Shown piece after piece: positions 46,113 to 57,021 of a stretch of 64,000 nt of DNA. The translations under genes and the position numbers were made by a program. The stretch comes from Mayamaea pseudoterrestris. Lineage: Eukaryota. Location of the stretch: NCBI GenBank assembly GCA_027923505.1, contig BROI01000003.1, positions 1,364,001-1,428,000 of the forward strand. Direction: 5' to 3'. Numbering within the stretch: position 1 is the stretch's first letter; each line of letters begins with the position of its first letter. The notes under the pieces were generated by a model. It was given only the letters and a program-made list of their open reading frames with translations. It was not told the origin of the DNA and made no database searches.

Positions 46113-47146
46113 TTACAGCTCGTTATGTACGTTGTCAGCGCCGACATGATGATGTCCAGCATGCCCGTGATGATGCCCGTCATTTCCAATAATGCCACCA
46201 AGTATAGTAGTCCCACTCCCGTCACAAATGCGAGTAGCTGCGCTGTTCGAAATGAAGCGTTTCCATTGTCGTGTAACACCTCTGGCAAAATGGTGCTTGC
46301 GGCCATGTAAAGGAACCCACCCGCCGTGACAAACAGGAGACCATCGCTATGAGTTTCTTCATTCACAGCAAACAGAGCAACGGCCGTTCCAAGTATTGCA
46401 GCAATGGCGGTCAAAAACTGTGCGCGAATCGCCTGGGCTTTGGAGTAGCCAGCGCGAAGCAAGGTGCAATAGTCGCCAAGCTCGTGCGGCACTTCGTGCA
46501 AAAGGATTGAAATGGAGGCCAAGCCACCGCGACTTGTGAGCATGGATAGAAACGAGAGATTATCAAATTTGGATATTGCTGCGTATGAAGCTCCAATCGC
46601 GAGCCCGTCTGTAAAATTATGCAAGGCATCGGCTGTCATGTTTAAAACGACGAGTGACTTTGACGGCGACTCAGAGGCGTGAATACTGGTAGCAGCACCT
46701 GTTTCCTTACGATTGTGATCATGACCGTGTTGTCTTCCGGATCTTGTCTCCAACGATCTTATTAGCAAGTCGACGGCAAAGAATAAAGTAAAGCCCAGTA
46801 GAATCCAAAGTCCTGCTTGATCAGTGTTTGATGCATGCGGCAACGTGTGCAAAAAGACGTCGCCGAGCAGTCCTCCGGCCGCCACTGCTTGTCCCAGCGA
46901 TAGGAATGGAAGTCTTGTATCTGCCGAGTAACTTGGAAACAAAAAGAGGACTACATTGGGAGCTAAACTAATCTGCAAAAGTGAGCGAAACAATTGGAAG
47001 CCATTGTTCAGATCAGCAAGCATGCTGCAAGGAGTTTCGTATCATTGTTTAACATAACTCTTGAAACATCAACTCTCGTCCTTTCTTTCACTTACTAGAC
47101 CAGTTGAGAAAAAGGCTGCGCTCACAGCCTGCGTCGAAGGCGCCAT
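46113..47146 (-). CDS. ZIP zinc transporter (ZIP7/KE4-like); exons 47146-47096 and 46972-46113, with an apparent 1-bp frameshift at ~46184
   Basis: GGLLGDVFLHTLPH, ADALHNFTDGLAIG, LLHEVPHELGD. A His-rich tail ending HNEL* lies in the adjacent frame. Confidence 0.9.
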
Positions 47147-47220
47147 GGTGGACTTGATCGAGTTTCGACGAGTAAACGCAGCGCAACGCAACGACGAGCG
47201 ACGTCGGTGTCGCTCCGTGA

Positions 47221-47572
47221 ACGTCACAAGGCAATAGTATGAAACGAGTGCCAGTGTCAATAACGTCACAGGGCATTAATACAAAACGAGTGCCAGTGAA
47301 AACTGCGTCACAAGGCAATAGTACGAAACGGGTTCCAGTGAAAATTGCGTCACAAGGCAATAGCACGAAACGAGTGCCAGTGAAAACTGCGTCATACGTC
47401 AATAGCGCGAACGAGTGCCAGTGAAAACTGCGTCATAAGGCAATAGTGCGAAACGAGTGCCAGTGAAAACTGCGTCTTAAGGCGATAGTGCGAAACGAGT
47501 GCCAATGAAAACTACGTCATAAGGCTATAGTCTGAAACGAGTGCCAGTGTCAATTACGTAAGGCAATAGTAC
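47221..47572. repeat. 42-bp minisatellite, ~8 copies, in a divergent intergenic region
   Basis: Unit AAACGAGTGCCAGTGAAAACTGCGTCACAAGGCAATAGTACG. Confidence 0.95.
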
Positions 47573-47720
47573 CGGTGATAAATGCGACGAACGGAATTGG
47601 TCGCTCCGGTGATGAATGCACTCATCCGTGCTCACCAATTTCGATCATTTCCAATGTTCACAGTTCACAATGAACGAAGGCAATATATAATACCTTGCAG
47701 CAAGCAGCGATTGCATCATT

Positions 47721-48857
47721 ATGATATTTCTCCGAGGTGCCAGTAGTGCAACGCGCCGCAAAGTATTTCAGCAACTTGCTGGTGGTGTCGTCGTGGTGAG
47801 TCTTCCTATTGCCGTTTGGTACAAGTCTGCATCCGACCAACGCCACGTTATTTTGGAGCGCTTCCGGACCAAACCCACCTATACAAGCACATTGATTCCA
47901 GATCGGAACGATATATTGATTCAACGCATGCAACCTGGAGATGTTTTGCTCTTTGATCGCAACTGCAGCAAGTGTGCGTCTGGTCCGTGGGCTGCCTTGG
48001 CTTGCCTCGTCGGACGAGCATTTCTGTGCGACGACAACAAGGCGGCGAATCGATCGGTGGATCACGGCAAGTTTGATCATATTGGTACGTCGCGCTGGAT
48101 TATGGAAAGCAGAGTGGGTTGTCGAGCTTGCCGAGCGAGGCAACATTATGATTGATACGATTCCAATAGCTGTATGCTGGAGGATGTTTTTGTTTCACTC
48201 ATGCACTTGCTATCGAAACAATCTTCTCACTTTTATTCTGCAATTTTATACGCAGGCATTGTCGTTCCTGGATATATTCGCCATAGAGCCGACGAGTACG
48301 ATCCCACCAATCTACTGCTACTGGAAGCGACGCCGTCGGGCATTGTCGCGCGACCGTTGCAAGACCGACTCGAATGCACGCAGTCTCGATCCATTATATT
48401 CCTGCCGCTCTGTAGCCCGGGAGAAGTGAGACACAATGTTTATACTGTCGATGAGGATGCCGACAGTGAAAGCGAACCGGATCAAACACCAAGTGTCGTC
48501 AAAACACGAGCCCACATTACGACGCAACTGACTCGATTCCGGGATCGATGGATTGATTTGGGCAAAGAGAAGAAGTACGCAAACTTTCACAGTACGGTTG
48601 CACTTGGCGGAGCATTTTCCTATGCGCTTGGTCTGCACAAATGGGCCGGTGGGCCAGTGTCTCCGTCAGCCTACCTTGTACTGCTGGGCCTCCAGCAGGC
48701 GGCTGTTGCGCAAAATATTAACGAAAAGGACAATCTATCAGTCAAAGTGGAAGACTTTTTGCGCGACTATCGAGTGGAAGAGACGAATGCAGTCAGATTG
48801 CGACCAGGCTTTCGCTTTCTGGCGCCGATATCTGTGCGAGAGACGGCCAGGTCGTAG
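47721..48857 (+). CDS. Hypothetical protein, permuted papain-like (NlpC/P60) resemblance; exons 47721-48084, 48256-48857
   Basis: QPGDVLLF and FDHIG|IVV joined by a GT-AG intron; LLLEATPSGI. Confidence 0.6.
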
Positions 48858-49153
48858 TAGTAGAGGTGGTTTGAATGATGCTCTATAAGCTTACTTATAC
48901 CGTAAAGAGTTTACCCTATGTAATACACTAAATCGCTTTATCTAATGTTTCCAATTGGTTGAACGACGATCACATAAACTAATTTTACTACGTATCGCCC
49001 TGATTTACTACAGCCCTCGTGAAGCAGTTTTTACCTTCACTGATTCAGTCCGTTTCTTGTCACTGACGAATGTATTCGATTTCAGTTCATCACATTCTGG
49101 ACGAATGCAATTTTGAAGGCTAACAAAGCATCGCAGCAACAACAACAAACATA

Positions 49154-51016
49154 ATGAAGGTGGCAACCCCAATGACCAAGCAATCCAGCTTCAACATGTC
49201 AACCAAGCAGAAGCTGGACCGCCTTGCTTCGAAACAGACGGAATGGAGGGAACTCGGACTGGACCGCAAGCTAGATCATTTGGAACAAATGCTTCACAAT
49301 CTGAAAACCAGCAGCGATGAACTAAAAGGTTTAGGACGACAAGCTGCTTCCACTTGCATGGGTTATAGCCTTTCCACGGCAGAGGGAGAGTGTGAAGCAA
49401 GTATGCAGTACTTGGTGTTTGCCGTTTTCGTCATGCAGCATCTTGTCCATCTCATTGCCTCGTACAAGGTCATTTTGAAACGCGACAAGGCGCCAAAGGA
49501 ACTGGTTGCCTCGAAGAAAAGCAATGGTCAAGTGGCAGTCAAGGTATTTCCTATATTGCCGGGCGAAAAGACTGGGCCAAACAGCAAGGGAGTTGCCGAA
49601 TTGTATCTCGATCCCACTCACGTAAAGTCCATTGACGATGTCCAACTGTTCGCGCTGGACGCATTTCAAACAGATGCGAGCAAGGAAGGTGTCATGATTG
49701 TCCTTGGTGCAGGAAATCAGGGAATGTTGACGGTGGCAGATGCGCTCCAAGGCCTCTTTGTATCAAACCGCGTCGTTTTGGTCAAGCATCATCCACTTCG
49801 CGAGTACCAAGACGAAATGATTCGAAAGGTATTCGAGCCACTCATCTCCGAAGGATACATGGAATGCGAGATGGATAACGACTTTGACAAGTCATCCTTG
49901 TATTTTGGACCCAATCTTGTCGCGGGAGTGCACGTCACGGGTGGCAAGGCGACGCATGACGCCATTGTATGGGGACCCGACAAGGAGAGTCGCGTCGCCA
50001 AGAATGATCCATTACTGAAATGTCCCATGACGTCCGAGCTCGGATGCGTGACTCCTTGGATCATGACACCGTTCGAGTACACGGCAAGCGAAATGGAGGC
50101 GCAAGTATTGGCTCTGTTCACTGGCGTTTCCAGCAACGCAAGCTGCAACTGCAATGCGCCAAAGGTTGTTCTTGTGTCGGAGGAGTGGAAGCAGCTGCCA
50201 CAGTTTCTGGAACAATTGACCGAGTATCTAAACAAGCGAACTGTTCCAGCCGCCTATTATCCTGGAGCCACACAGCGATGGGAGCAGTTTCGTAAACAAT
50301 ATTCAGATGCCAAGCAACTTGGCCACGGTGTCAACGCGAAGGAGCGAATGGTTAGTAGCCCCACTCTTCCCTGGCTGTTGATCAATATTGATTTAAAACT
50401 TGACTCTGAGCAAGGGTGGGCTGATGCAAAGCAAGAGTATGCGCTGTTGCATGAACCGTTTGCGCCGGTGCTGACGATTGCTACTGTCAGCGGCCCCAGC
50501 AACAAGTTTTTGAAGCACGTGACAAAGCTCTGCAACAATAGTATGTTTGGAAACCTCAGCGCGTCAATGTCAGTTCCTGAAAACATGAAGGCGGACTCCA
50601 GAGTTGAGGAATGCATCAGCGAATTGCGCTACGGTTCAGTTTGTCTCAATACATGGTCAGCTACAGGCTACACTACTTTGGGCGGTATCTGGGGTGCTTA
50701 TCCAGGTGAAACTTTGGACAAGGTGGAAAGTGGCATTGGCCAAATTCATAATTTTTGGCTCATTCCGCATGCGCAAAAGTGCGTTGTGCGTATGCCTTGC
50801 GTTTCCAGTGCCAATGACATTTTCAAGAAGGAAGACTTTGTCAAGAATACAATCATGTTTCGAAGCATTGGAGACTTTCTATTGAACCCTGGCGTCGGTA
50901 CATTTGTTCGCTTTCTGGCGGCCCAGGTTGATGTGAGCAAGCGTGTTCTGTATGGAGGTGGGGCTGTGGCCATTGCCGTTGGGGTTGGTTTAGTGAGAAA
51001 GATCGGATTGTTCTAG
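49154..51016 (+). CDS. Aldehyde dehydrogenase family protein with a C-terminal hydrophobic anchor
   Basis: IVLGAGN, VHVTGGKATHDAIVWG, TSELGCVTP, NASCNCNAPK, EPFAPVL, LRYGSVCLN. Confidence 0.87.
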   Translation: MKVATPMTKQSSFNMSTKQKLDRLASKQTEWRELGLDRKLDHLEQMLHNLKTSSDELKGLGRQAASTCMGYSLSTAEGECEASMQYLVFAVFVMQHLVHLIASYKVILKRDKAPKELVASKKSNGQVAVKVFPILPGEKTGPNSKGVAELYLDPTHVKSIDDVQLFALDAFQTDASKEGVMIVLGAGNQGMLTVADALQGLFVSNRVVLVKHHPLREYQDEMIRKVFEPLISEGYMECEMDNDFDKSSLYFGPNLVAGVHVTGGKATHDAIVWGPDKESRVAKNDPLLKCPMTSELGCVTPWIMTPFEYTASEMEAQVLALFTGVSSNASCNCNAPKVVLVSEEWKQLPQFLEQLTEYLNKRTVPAAYYPGATQRWEQFRKQYSDAKQLGHGVNAKERMVSSPTLPWLLINIDLKLDSEQGWADAKQEYALLHEPFAPVLTIATVSGPSNKFLKHVTKLCNNSMFGNLSASMSVPENMKADSRVEECISELRYGSVCLNTWSATGYTTLGGIWGAYPGETLDKVESGIGQIHNFWLIPHAQKCVVRMPCVSSANDIFKKEDFVKNTIMFRSIGDFLLNPGVGTFVRFLAAQVDVSKRVLYGGGAVAIAVGVGLVRKIGLF

Positions 51017-51104
51017 ACTTGTTTGATGGGTTTCATTAGTAACGAGAAAGACTCGACAATGAACGTAATACGTAGATAAACAAAATTTAACGTTACTGTT
51101 CGTG

Positions 51105-51689
51105 CTAGCCCTTGAAAGACTTTCGGTCGCTCTCTTTTGGTACTCGTCCTTGCCCTTCCTGCTGCAAATCGTCAATAAGCCCACCGTCGTCTCCATCGCT
51201 TGTCTTTGCATCACTGTCTTCGTCTTCTTGACCAGCCACTTGTACAAAGTCCAACTTGGGTAATCTGAGCCAAGGCAAGGGATCATTTGCTACGGCACGA
51301 CTCTTGTCGTCCATGGACAGCGGTCGAAACGACGACTTGCCGACCCCTCGTCCATCCTTCAAGTATGCTCCCAGACCTTGGTCGCCATTGAGCATCTGGT
51401 TGATGAATGTTTGGGATGCAACCAAAAGAATGATTGCCACCAATGGAACGAGCAGATTGGGTAGGTCCGGTGCATCAACTGCCGCCGAAGATGAAGAAAT
51501 TATAATGGTCGAAGTAGTCTGCATGCATTGTAATGGCAGGATTTTAACCCTTTTGTGTGCTTTAAAAAGTTGCACAGTGCTCGTCTTTGACCCATGGTTT
51601 GCAACCGATAAATGCGAGATCCAGCCGTCGATTGATCGCATGCGCGAAAGCAAGCACGACAGGAAAAAGTGACGCCAAATGTTTCTCAT
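51105..51689 (-). CDS. Hypothetical membrane protein with an N-terminal presequence
   Basis: 194-aa ORF, one TM segment, GDQGLGAYLKDG and DPLPWLRLPKLDFV blocks. Confidence 0.55.
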   Translation of the reverse strand: MRNIWRHFFLSCLLSRMRSIDGWISHLSVANHGSKTSTVQLFKAHKRVKILPLQCMQTTSTIIISSSSAAVDAPDLPNLLVPLVAIILLVASQTFINQMLNGDQGLGAYLKDGRGVGKSSFRPLSMDDKSRAVANDPLPWLRLPKLDFVQVAGQEDEDSDAKTSDGDDGGLIDDLQQEGQGRVPKESDRKSFKG

Positions 51690-51973
51690 TTTATCTTGTA
51701 ACTCTTCCTAGACAAATGCAGTGGCAAGAGTGGAAGTATCAGGGAGCCAGAAGCGGTTGGATTCACAGTCAAGTCGTTAGATTTGTTCCTCGTCGAAATT
51801 GACAATGAGAATGTGTACCGCTACGACAAAGAAAGATTACAGCTACCGCCGCGGTCCCACTTTTTCGTGCGCTTCAATAGGACAAGGATAGGCATGTATT
51901 GTTATAAGGCTTGGAGGATGCTATTAAAGAATTGTGATGATTTTTAAAATTACTTAGTGCCGAACAATGAAAG

Positions 51974-54880
51974 TTATTGAGCGGTTCTAAGACATCTTTC
52001 CAGCCGCGCGGCAAGTTCCGCTGCCGACGAACAGGAATCGTTCTTCAACCCCATACCATTCATTAATTCTCGTAATGATTCATCTGACATGTCGCTAAAA
52101 GAAAGTCTTCCGGCATTCAATTCGTTAGCTTTGTGTTGAACAAGGGCAAGCCGAACCACAAGCTCACTCTTGCTCCCAGTCGTCGATAAGCCAAACCGAT
52201 GCAATCGCTCGGTCAATTCAGTTTCAGACAATGACTCTAGCTCGCCGACAAGTTGGGCACCACTTTTTTTAGCGTCCGCACTTTTGCATTTTAAATTAGT
52301 CAATACGTTTGTCAATATTGTCATGCCATGCGCAGGACTGGTTAAAATTGATTCAGGATGGAATTGGACGGCAGCCATGGGAAGCTCCTTGTGTTGTAGA
52401 CCCATGACTATGCCATCGTCAGTTTGCGCAGTTATCTCCAAGCAGTCTGGTAGAGTGTCTTTGATGGCGTGTAGCGAATGATACCTGGCGACCTCAAAGG
52501 TGTCTGGCAATGACGTAAATATGCTCGCCTCATTCTTGCCTGCTCGAGTCAACGATATCACGGATGGCTTCCCATGCATAGGGTATGACAAAACACCCAA
52601 TGTGCCTCCAAAATGCTCCGCCATGCCTTGAAGGCCAAGACATACACCGAATGCTGGTATGCTGTGCTTGACTAAACAATCGAGTGTCGTCGATAAGCCA
52701 AAATCGGACGGATTACCTGGCCCCGGGGACAGTACGACAATGTCTGGCTTTTCACCTTTCTGTGCAAGGTCTTCAAGCACTTTGATAGCGGATGGTCCAC
52801 TTCGCAAAGTTCGCACCGACGCTCCCGTCTGTCTCAGGTAATTGCCGAGTGTATGCACAAAGGAGTCTTCGTGGTCAATCAAAATTACGGACATGCCGTC
52901 GCCGACCTTGACGTCTCGCTTAGTCAATTTTGGCTGCAGGCTCACCCCACTATCCTCTGGTCCTGTCATTGTAATGGCGTCAATCATGGCAGATGCCTTG
53001 AGCTCCGTTTCGAGTTCCTCTGCCGAAGGTGTCGAGTCAAACAACAATGTTGCACCCGCGCGAACTTCAGCAACCCCATTCTTGATTCGAATCGTGCGCA
53101 AGGTGAGCCCAGTATTCATGCCGCCGTCGAAGCCAACCATGCCAACGGCGCCTCCATACCAGCAGCGCGGCGACCGCTCCGTATCTTCCAAAAATTGAAT
53201 CGCCCAAGTCTTTGGAGCACCCGTCACCGTGACTGCCCAAGTATGGCACAAGAATGCATCAAGTGCGTCAAACTCGGGCCGCAAGAAACCTTCCACATGA
53301 TCTACCGTGTGAATCAATCGACTATACATTTCAATCTGTCGTCGGCCTATCACTTGAACGGAACCAGGTTCACATATGCGAGACTTATCATTACGATCAA
53401 CGTCTGTGCACATTGTCAACTCACTTTCCTCTTTGGCGTTCATCATGAGGCTCTTGACTCGAGCAGCATCCTCGAGTGCATCAGCTCCGCGTGCGACAGT
53501 GCCAGAAATAGGACAGGTTTCGACGCGAACCGCGCCTGGTCGGTAGTCATTCTCTTCAATCGCTTCACAACGCACAAACATTTCAGGGCTAGCTCCTACC
53601 AAGTATTCTTGCTCACCCAAATTGATAAAAAAGCCGTATGGTGCCGGATTTCGCGCGCGCAATCGACGGAACAAGACGGATGGCTTGACCTTTTCGGTCA
53701 GCTTTTCACGAAACGTTTGCGACAAGACTGCCTCAAACAAATTGCCAACCTTGAACTCTTGCTTTGCCTTTTCAACACTATTAGCAAATTCGTACTTTGG
53801 AGTGTCCCTAGCATTGTACTGTTGAGTCGCTTCGTCAAATGGCTGAAAATGTTCAATGGAGCCAACCGACGGAACTCCCAGCGTCGAGCAATCGTCCACG
53901 GAAAAGTCGTACGAAACTTTCCATGCGTCCCTCTTGTCTTGGTCAACTACAACAAGCTTGTCTGGTAGATACAACAGTAGATCGCGTTGGTTTGGATCCC
54001 GCTCTTGTTTAAGCTTAATTGACTCAAACTGAAACGTCAAATCGTACCCAAATGCTCCGTACAAACCAAGCTGCTTGTCGCCTCCCTGGAAGGAAAACAA
54101 GTCAATCAAAGCTCGCACCACCGAGAAAAGCGACGGCTGGCGACTTCGATCTTCCTCGCTAAATGTTCCGACCTCGAACGGAGGAACAACTCTTACATCA
54201 ATTTGGCGAACAATGTCTGCTGATTGATTGATCCCTCGCAGCTCATTGTCATCTTTCTGCAAATGCACACTCTCCAAAATTCCTTCCTCCTTCAATTGTT
54301 GCATTGCTGTTTCAATCGACTTCATGAGAACTAAACCTCGGTCATTCAACGCCTTGATGCTGCATTCAGCACCTCTTCCACTCACTTCCAGTGGCGGATC
54401 AACGAACCCAAGCGACCAGCGAGCATATCGTCCCGGAAACTCGTAACTGCTTTGCAGCAAGACACCCTTGCGCGAATCCAACTGCACCACCAGTTCCTCA
54501 ATGGCATGGGCACTCGTTCCGACTTCCAATGCATTGTTACTACATGTCAATCGCTCCACGTGAGTCGTCACCTTGATGCCTCCCTTGGTCAAGTAGTTGC
54601 CACCCTTTGGTCGAGCTGGAGGCGCTCCCAGCGACAGATTGCGCTGAGCAGCTTGCTGACTTGCCGTGGCAACACCCATGCCACCTTCTTTGGCGACAAA
54701 TACGCTATTGTAAATGTTTGTTTCCGGCGATGTCGACTGCTGCGTCGAGGAGGATTGTGCTGCTGACAGCAAAAGTGATGCAGCATGCTGCCTTCGAACA
54801 TTTGATTTGTAAAACGGAGATTGAATGTGAAAGGACGACACAAGCGACACGAAAAAATGCAAGAGTAGTAAGAGTCTCAT
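51974..54880 (-). CDS. trpEG: Anthranilate synthase, fused TrpE-TrpG, plastid presequence, C-terminal SAP-like motifs
   Basis: SSYEFPGRY, LVGASPEMF, CPISGT, TVTGAPK, IDHEDSF, GVCLGLQ, VQFHPES; signal peptide ending VSS-F. Confidence 0.95.
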   Translation of the reverse strand: MRLLLLLHFFVSLVSSFHIQSPFYKSNVRRQHAASLLLSAAQSSSTQQSTSPETNIYNSVFVAKEGGMGVATASQQAAQRNLSLGAPPARPKGGNYLTKGGIKVTTHVERLTCSNNALEVGTSAHAIEELVVQLDSRKGVLLQSSYEFPGRYARWSLGFVDPPLEVSGRGAECSIKALNDRGLVLMKSIETAMQQLKEEGILESVHLQKDDNELRGINQSADIVRQIDVRVVPPFEVGTFSEEDRSRQPSLFSVVRALIDLFSFQGGDKQLGLYGAFGYDLTFQFESIKLKQERDPNQRDLLLYLPDKLVVVDQDKRDAWKVSYDFSVDDCSTLGVPSVGSIEHFQPFDEATQQYNARDTPKYEFANSVEKAKQEFKVGNLFEAVLSQTFREKLTEKVKPSVLFRRLRARNPAPYGFFINLGEQEYLVGASPEMFVRCEAIEENDYRPGAVRVETCPISGTVARGADALEDAARVKSLMMNAKEESELTMCTDVDRNDKSRICEPGSVQVIGRRQIEMYSRLIHTVDHVEGFLRPEFDALDAFLCHTWAVTVTGAPKTWAIQFLEDTERSPRCWYGGAVGMVGFDGGMNTGLTLRTIRIKNGVAEVRAGATLLFDSTPSAEELETELKASAMIDAITMTGPEDSGVSLQPKLTKRDVKVGDGMSVILIDHEDSFVHTLGNYLRQTGASVRTLRSGPSAIKVLEDLAQKGEKPDIVVLSPGPGNPSDFGLSTTLDCLVKHSIPAFGVCLGLQGMAEHFGGTLGVLSYPMHGKPSVISLTRAGKNEASIFTSLPDTFEVARYHSLHAIKDTLPDCLEITAQTDDGIVMGLQHKELPMAAVQFHPESILTSPAHGMTILTNVLTNLKCKSADAKKSGAQLVGELESLSETELTERLHRFGLSTTGSKSELVVRLALVQHKANELNAGRLSFSDMSDESLRELMNGMGLKNDSCSSAAELAARLERCLRTAQ

Positions 54881-55093
54881 GGTCGAGACGAGTCGTCTGC
54901 CCTTAAAGGTACAGGAGACGACAAGGATGAAGATGAGTCGATCGACAAGAGGGTCGAGACGTGAAAAAAACGGATGGCAGTTTCAGCGCTTCGTGAGGCC
55001 CGGATGGAAGAAACGAGCTGTCAAGCAAAGAGTACACTTGAGTAACGTTGCGACGTTTTTAAAAAAGGTTTTGTAACTTCCACAACTTTGACC

Positions 55094-56644
55094 ATGACGT
55101 CCAAGATTGACGGCTACCTTGGCATCGACCTTGGAACGCAGGGACTTTCCATCATCTTTACAGACACAAAACTCAATGTCCTAGCCAAAGGGGAAGGATC
55201 CTATACATCTGTTGAGGGACTCGACGCAGGATGCTATGAGCAACGCACTGATGATTGGCAATCTGCATTAGAAGCAGCCATAGATCAAATTCATGCGCAA
55301 TTACAAGACACTTTTAACGTTTTATCGATTGGAATATCTGGACAAATGCATGGAGAAGTTCTTTGTGATGAAAAAGGTCTCTGTCTTTCACCCGTACGAC
55401 TTTGGTGTGACGGCCGCAATGGATTAGAAAGCGATGAGCTTACTCAAAGTTTTCATGTCAAGGTTCCTAGGCGAGCGACGGCCGCTCGCTTTCTATGGAC
55501 GACGCGGCATCGAGCTGATTTAGCGAGAAGAGTTCGAAATGTCACTACTCCAGCAGGATGGATTGCCTTTTTACTGACGGGCGAGTTTAGCCTCGGAACC
55601 GGTGACGCATCAGGCATGTTTCCCATTGACGCAGAAACATTGGATTATGATCAAAAGCTCTTTAGTAAATATGATGCAATTGTTGACGATGCAACAATAC
55701 CATCCATTGCGACTATTCTGCCAACCGTTCGTCTTGCTGGACAAGATGCCGGCAATCTCAATGCAGGAGGAGCAAAGCTACTTGGCTTGACACAAGGCAT
55801 ACCAGTCGCCCCAGCCGAAGGCGATCAAGTTGCCGCTCTCGCAGGTGGTCTGATTGGAGCACCAGGCATGGTATCTTGTAGTTTCGGAACTTCTGTTTGC
55901 GCCAATACGGTGGGAGATCACGCCTTTCAGGGAGTGTCGCCAGCAATTGATCACTTTTGCGCCGCAGATGGTAAACCCATCTTCATGGTGTGGCTCATCA
56001 ACGGAACTACCTTTCTGAACGCCATGGTGCGGTCCTATGGAAGCGTCATGTGTGCTACTGGCACAAATGATGACGAAAAGGACGCAACGTTTGCGACAAT
56101 GATGCGATGCGTCGTTGACGCTCCCGATGATTGCGGCGGCATTCTCGCCCTGCCATTTTTGGATGACGAACCCGGTTTGGGTGTTGTACATGGCAACAGC
56201 GGTCTACTCGTCGGCCTCAATCACTCAAACGCGACGCCCGGAAATATTTGCAAGGCTGCACTACTTTGCGTCATGTTTAACCTACGACTTGGACAGCAAG
56301 TACTCGACGATCAAGCTTACTTGCGTACGGAGCTGAATCTTTCCGGCGGATTATGCAAGACTCCAGAATGTGGGCAATTGTTAGCCGATGTTTTCAACAC
56401 TCCAGTGGTAGTGCACGAGTCGGCTGATGAAGGGTGCAGTTGGGGTGCTTGCGTCTTGGCAAAGTATCGGCATGAAGAGGCAGGCAAGGATTGGCCAACC
56501 TTTCTTCAAAATATTTCCGAAACTATTCCGAAGCGAATTATTGAACCTAATACATCATCAGTGGAAACGTATAACTGCATATTTAAAAGGTACAAGCAGC
56601 TAGTTGCGCTACAGCCAAAATTGAGCAATATTTGTCGGAAATAA
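55094..56644 (+). CDS. xylB: FGGY carbohydrate kinase (xylulokinase-like)
   Basis: YLGIDLGTQG, SIGISGQMHG, LWCDGR, GDASG, GDQ, SFGTS, LSGG. Confidence 0.85.
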   Translation: MTSKIDGYLGIDLGTQGLSIIFTDTKLNVLAKGEGSYTSVEGLDAGCYEQRTDDWQSALEAAIDQIHAQLQDTFNVLSIGISGQMHGEVLCDEKGLCLSPVRLWCDGRNGLESDELTQSFHVKVPRRATAARFLWTTRHRADLARRVRNVTTPAGWIAFLLTGEFSLGTGDASGMFPIDAETLDYDQKLFSKYDAIVDDATIPSIATILPTVRLAGQDAGNLNAGGAKLLGLTQGIPVAPAEGDQVAALAGGLIGAPGMVSCSFGTSVCANTVGDHAFQGVSPAIDHFCAADGKPIFMVWLINGTTFLNAMVRSYGSVMCATGTNDDEKDATFATMMRCVVDAPDDCGGILALPFLDDEPGLGVVHGNSGLLVGLNHSNATPGNICKAALLCVMFNLRLGQQVLDDQAYLRTELNLSGGLCKTPECGQLLADVFNTPVVVHESADEGCSWGACVLAKYRHEEAGKDWPTFLQNISETIPKRIIEPNTSSVETYNCIFKRYKQLVALQPKLSNICRK

Positions 56645-57021
56645 ACAGCCGTAAATCACCTTTCACCAACGTCACATTCTAGCAATAATTGCATGGCCGA
56701 GGCGACAATCCCTTTATAGCGACCAAGACGTCATGGCTTATAGTTGTCGGACTGTGAAGGTTAACGCTTGAGCAACAATGCCAATGGCGCGCCAAAGATA
56801 CGCAGGCGACAGAATGTGAGTAACGCTGCGATTTATCATATTGTTATCTTATTGAATTGTAACCAGCCACGTATACCGCCACAAGTTAAAGGTGCGACAT
56901 CGACCGTTGAATATAGCCCTCGCTCGCTGCGCGTGACCACTGGCGATGAACAGCCAAGCCTTTCGCTGCCACCACAACGAAGCAGCTTCCGAGGCTGAAG
57001 CAAACATACTCCACCATTCTA

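Noticed and set aside
47221..47572. 42-bp repeat as CRISPR or coding repeat
   Set aside because: Units are contiguous with no spacers or cas genes. Stops and a 1-bp deletion break the frames, and the ZIP start at 47146 has a good context.
52853..53968. 371-aa + strand ORF
   Set aside because: Antisense shadow of the TrpEG gene.
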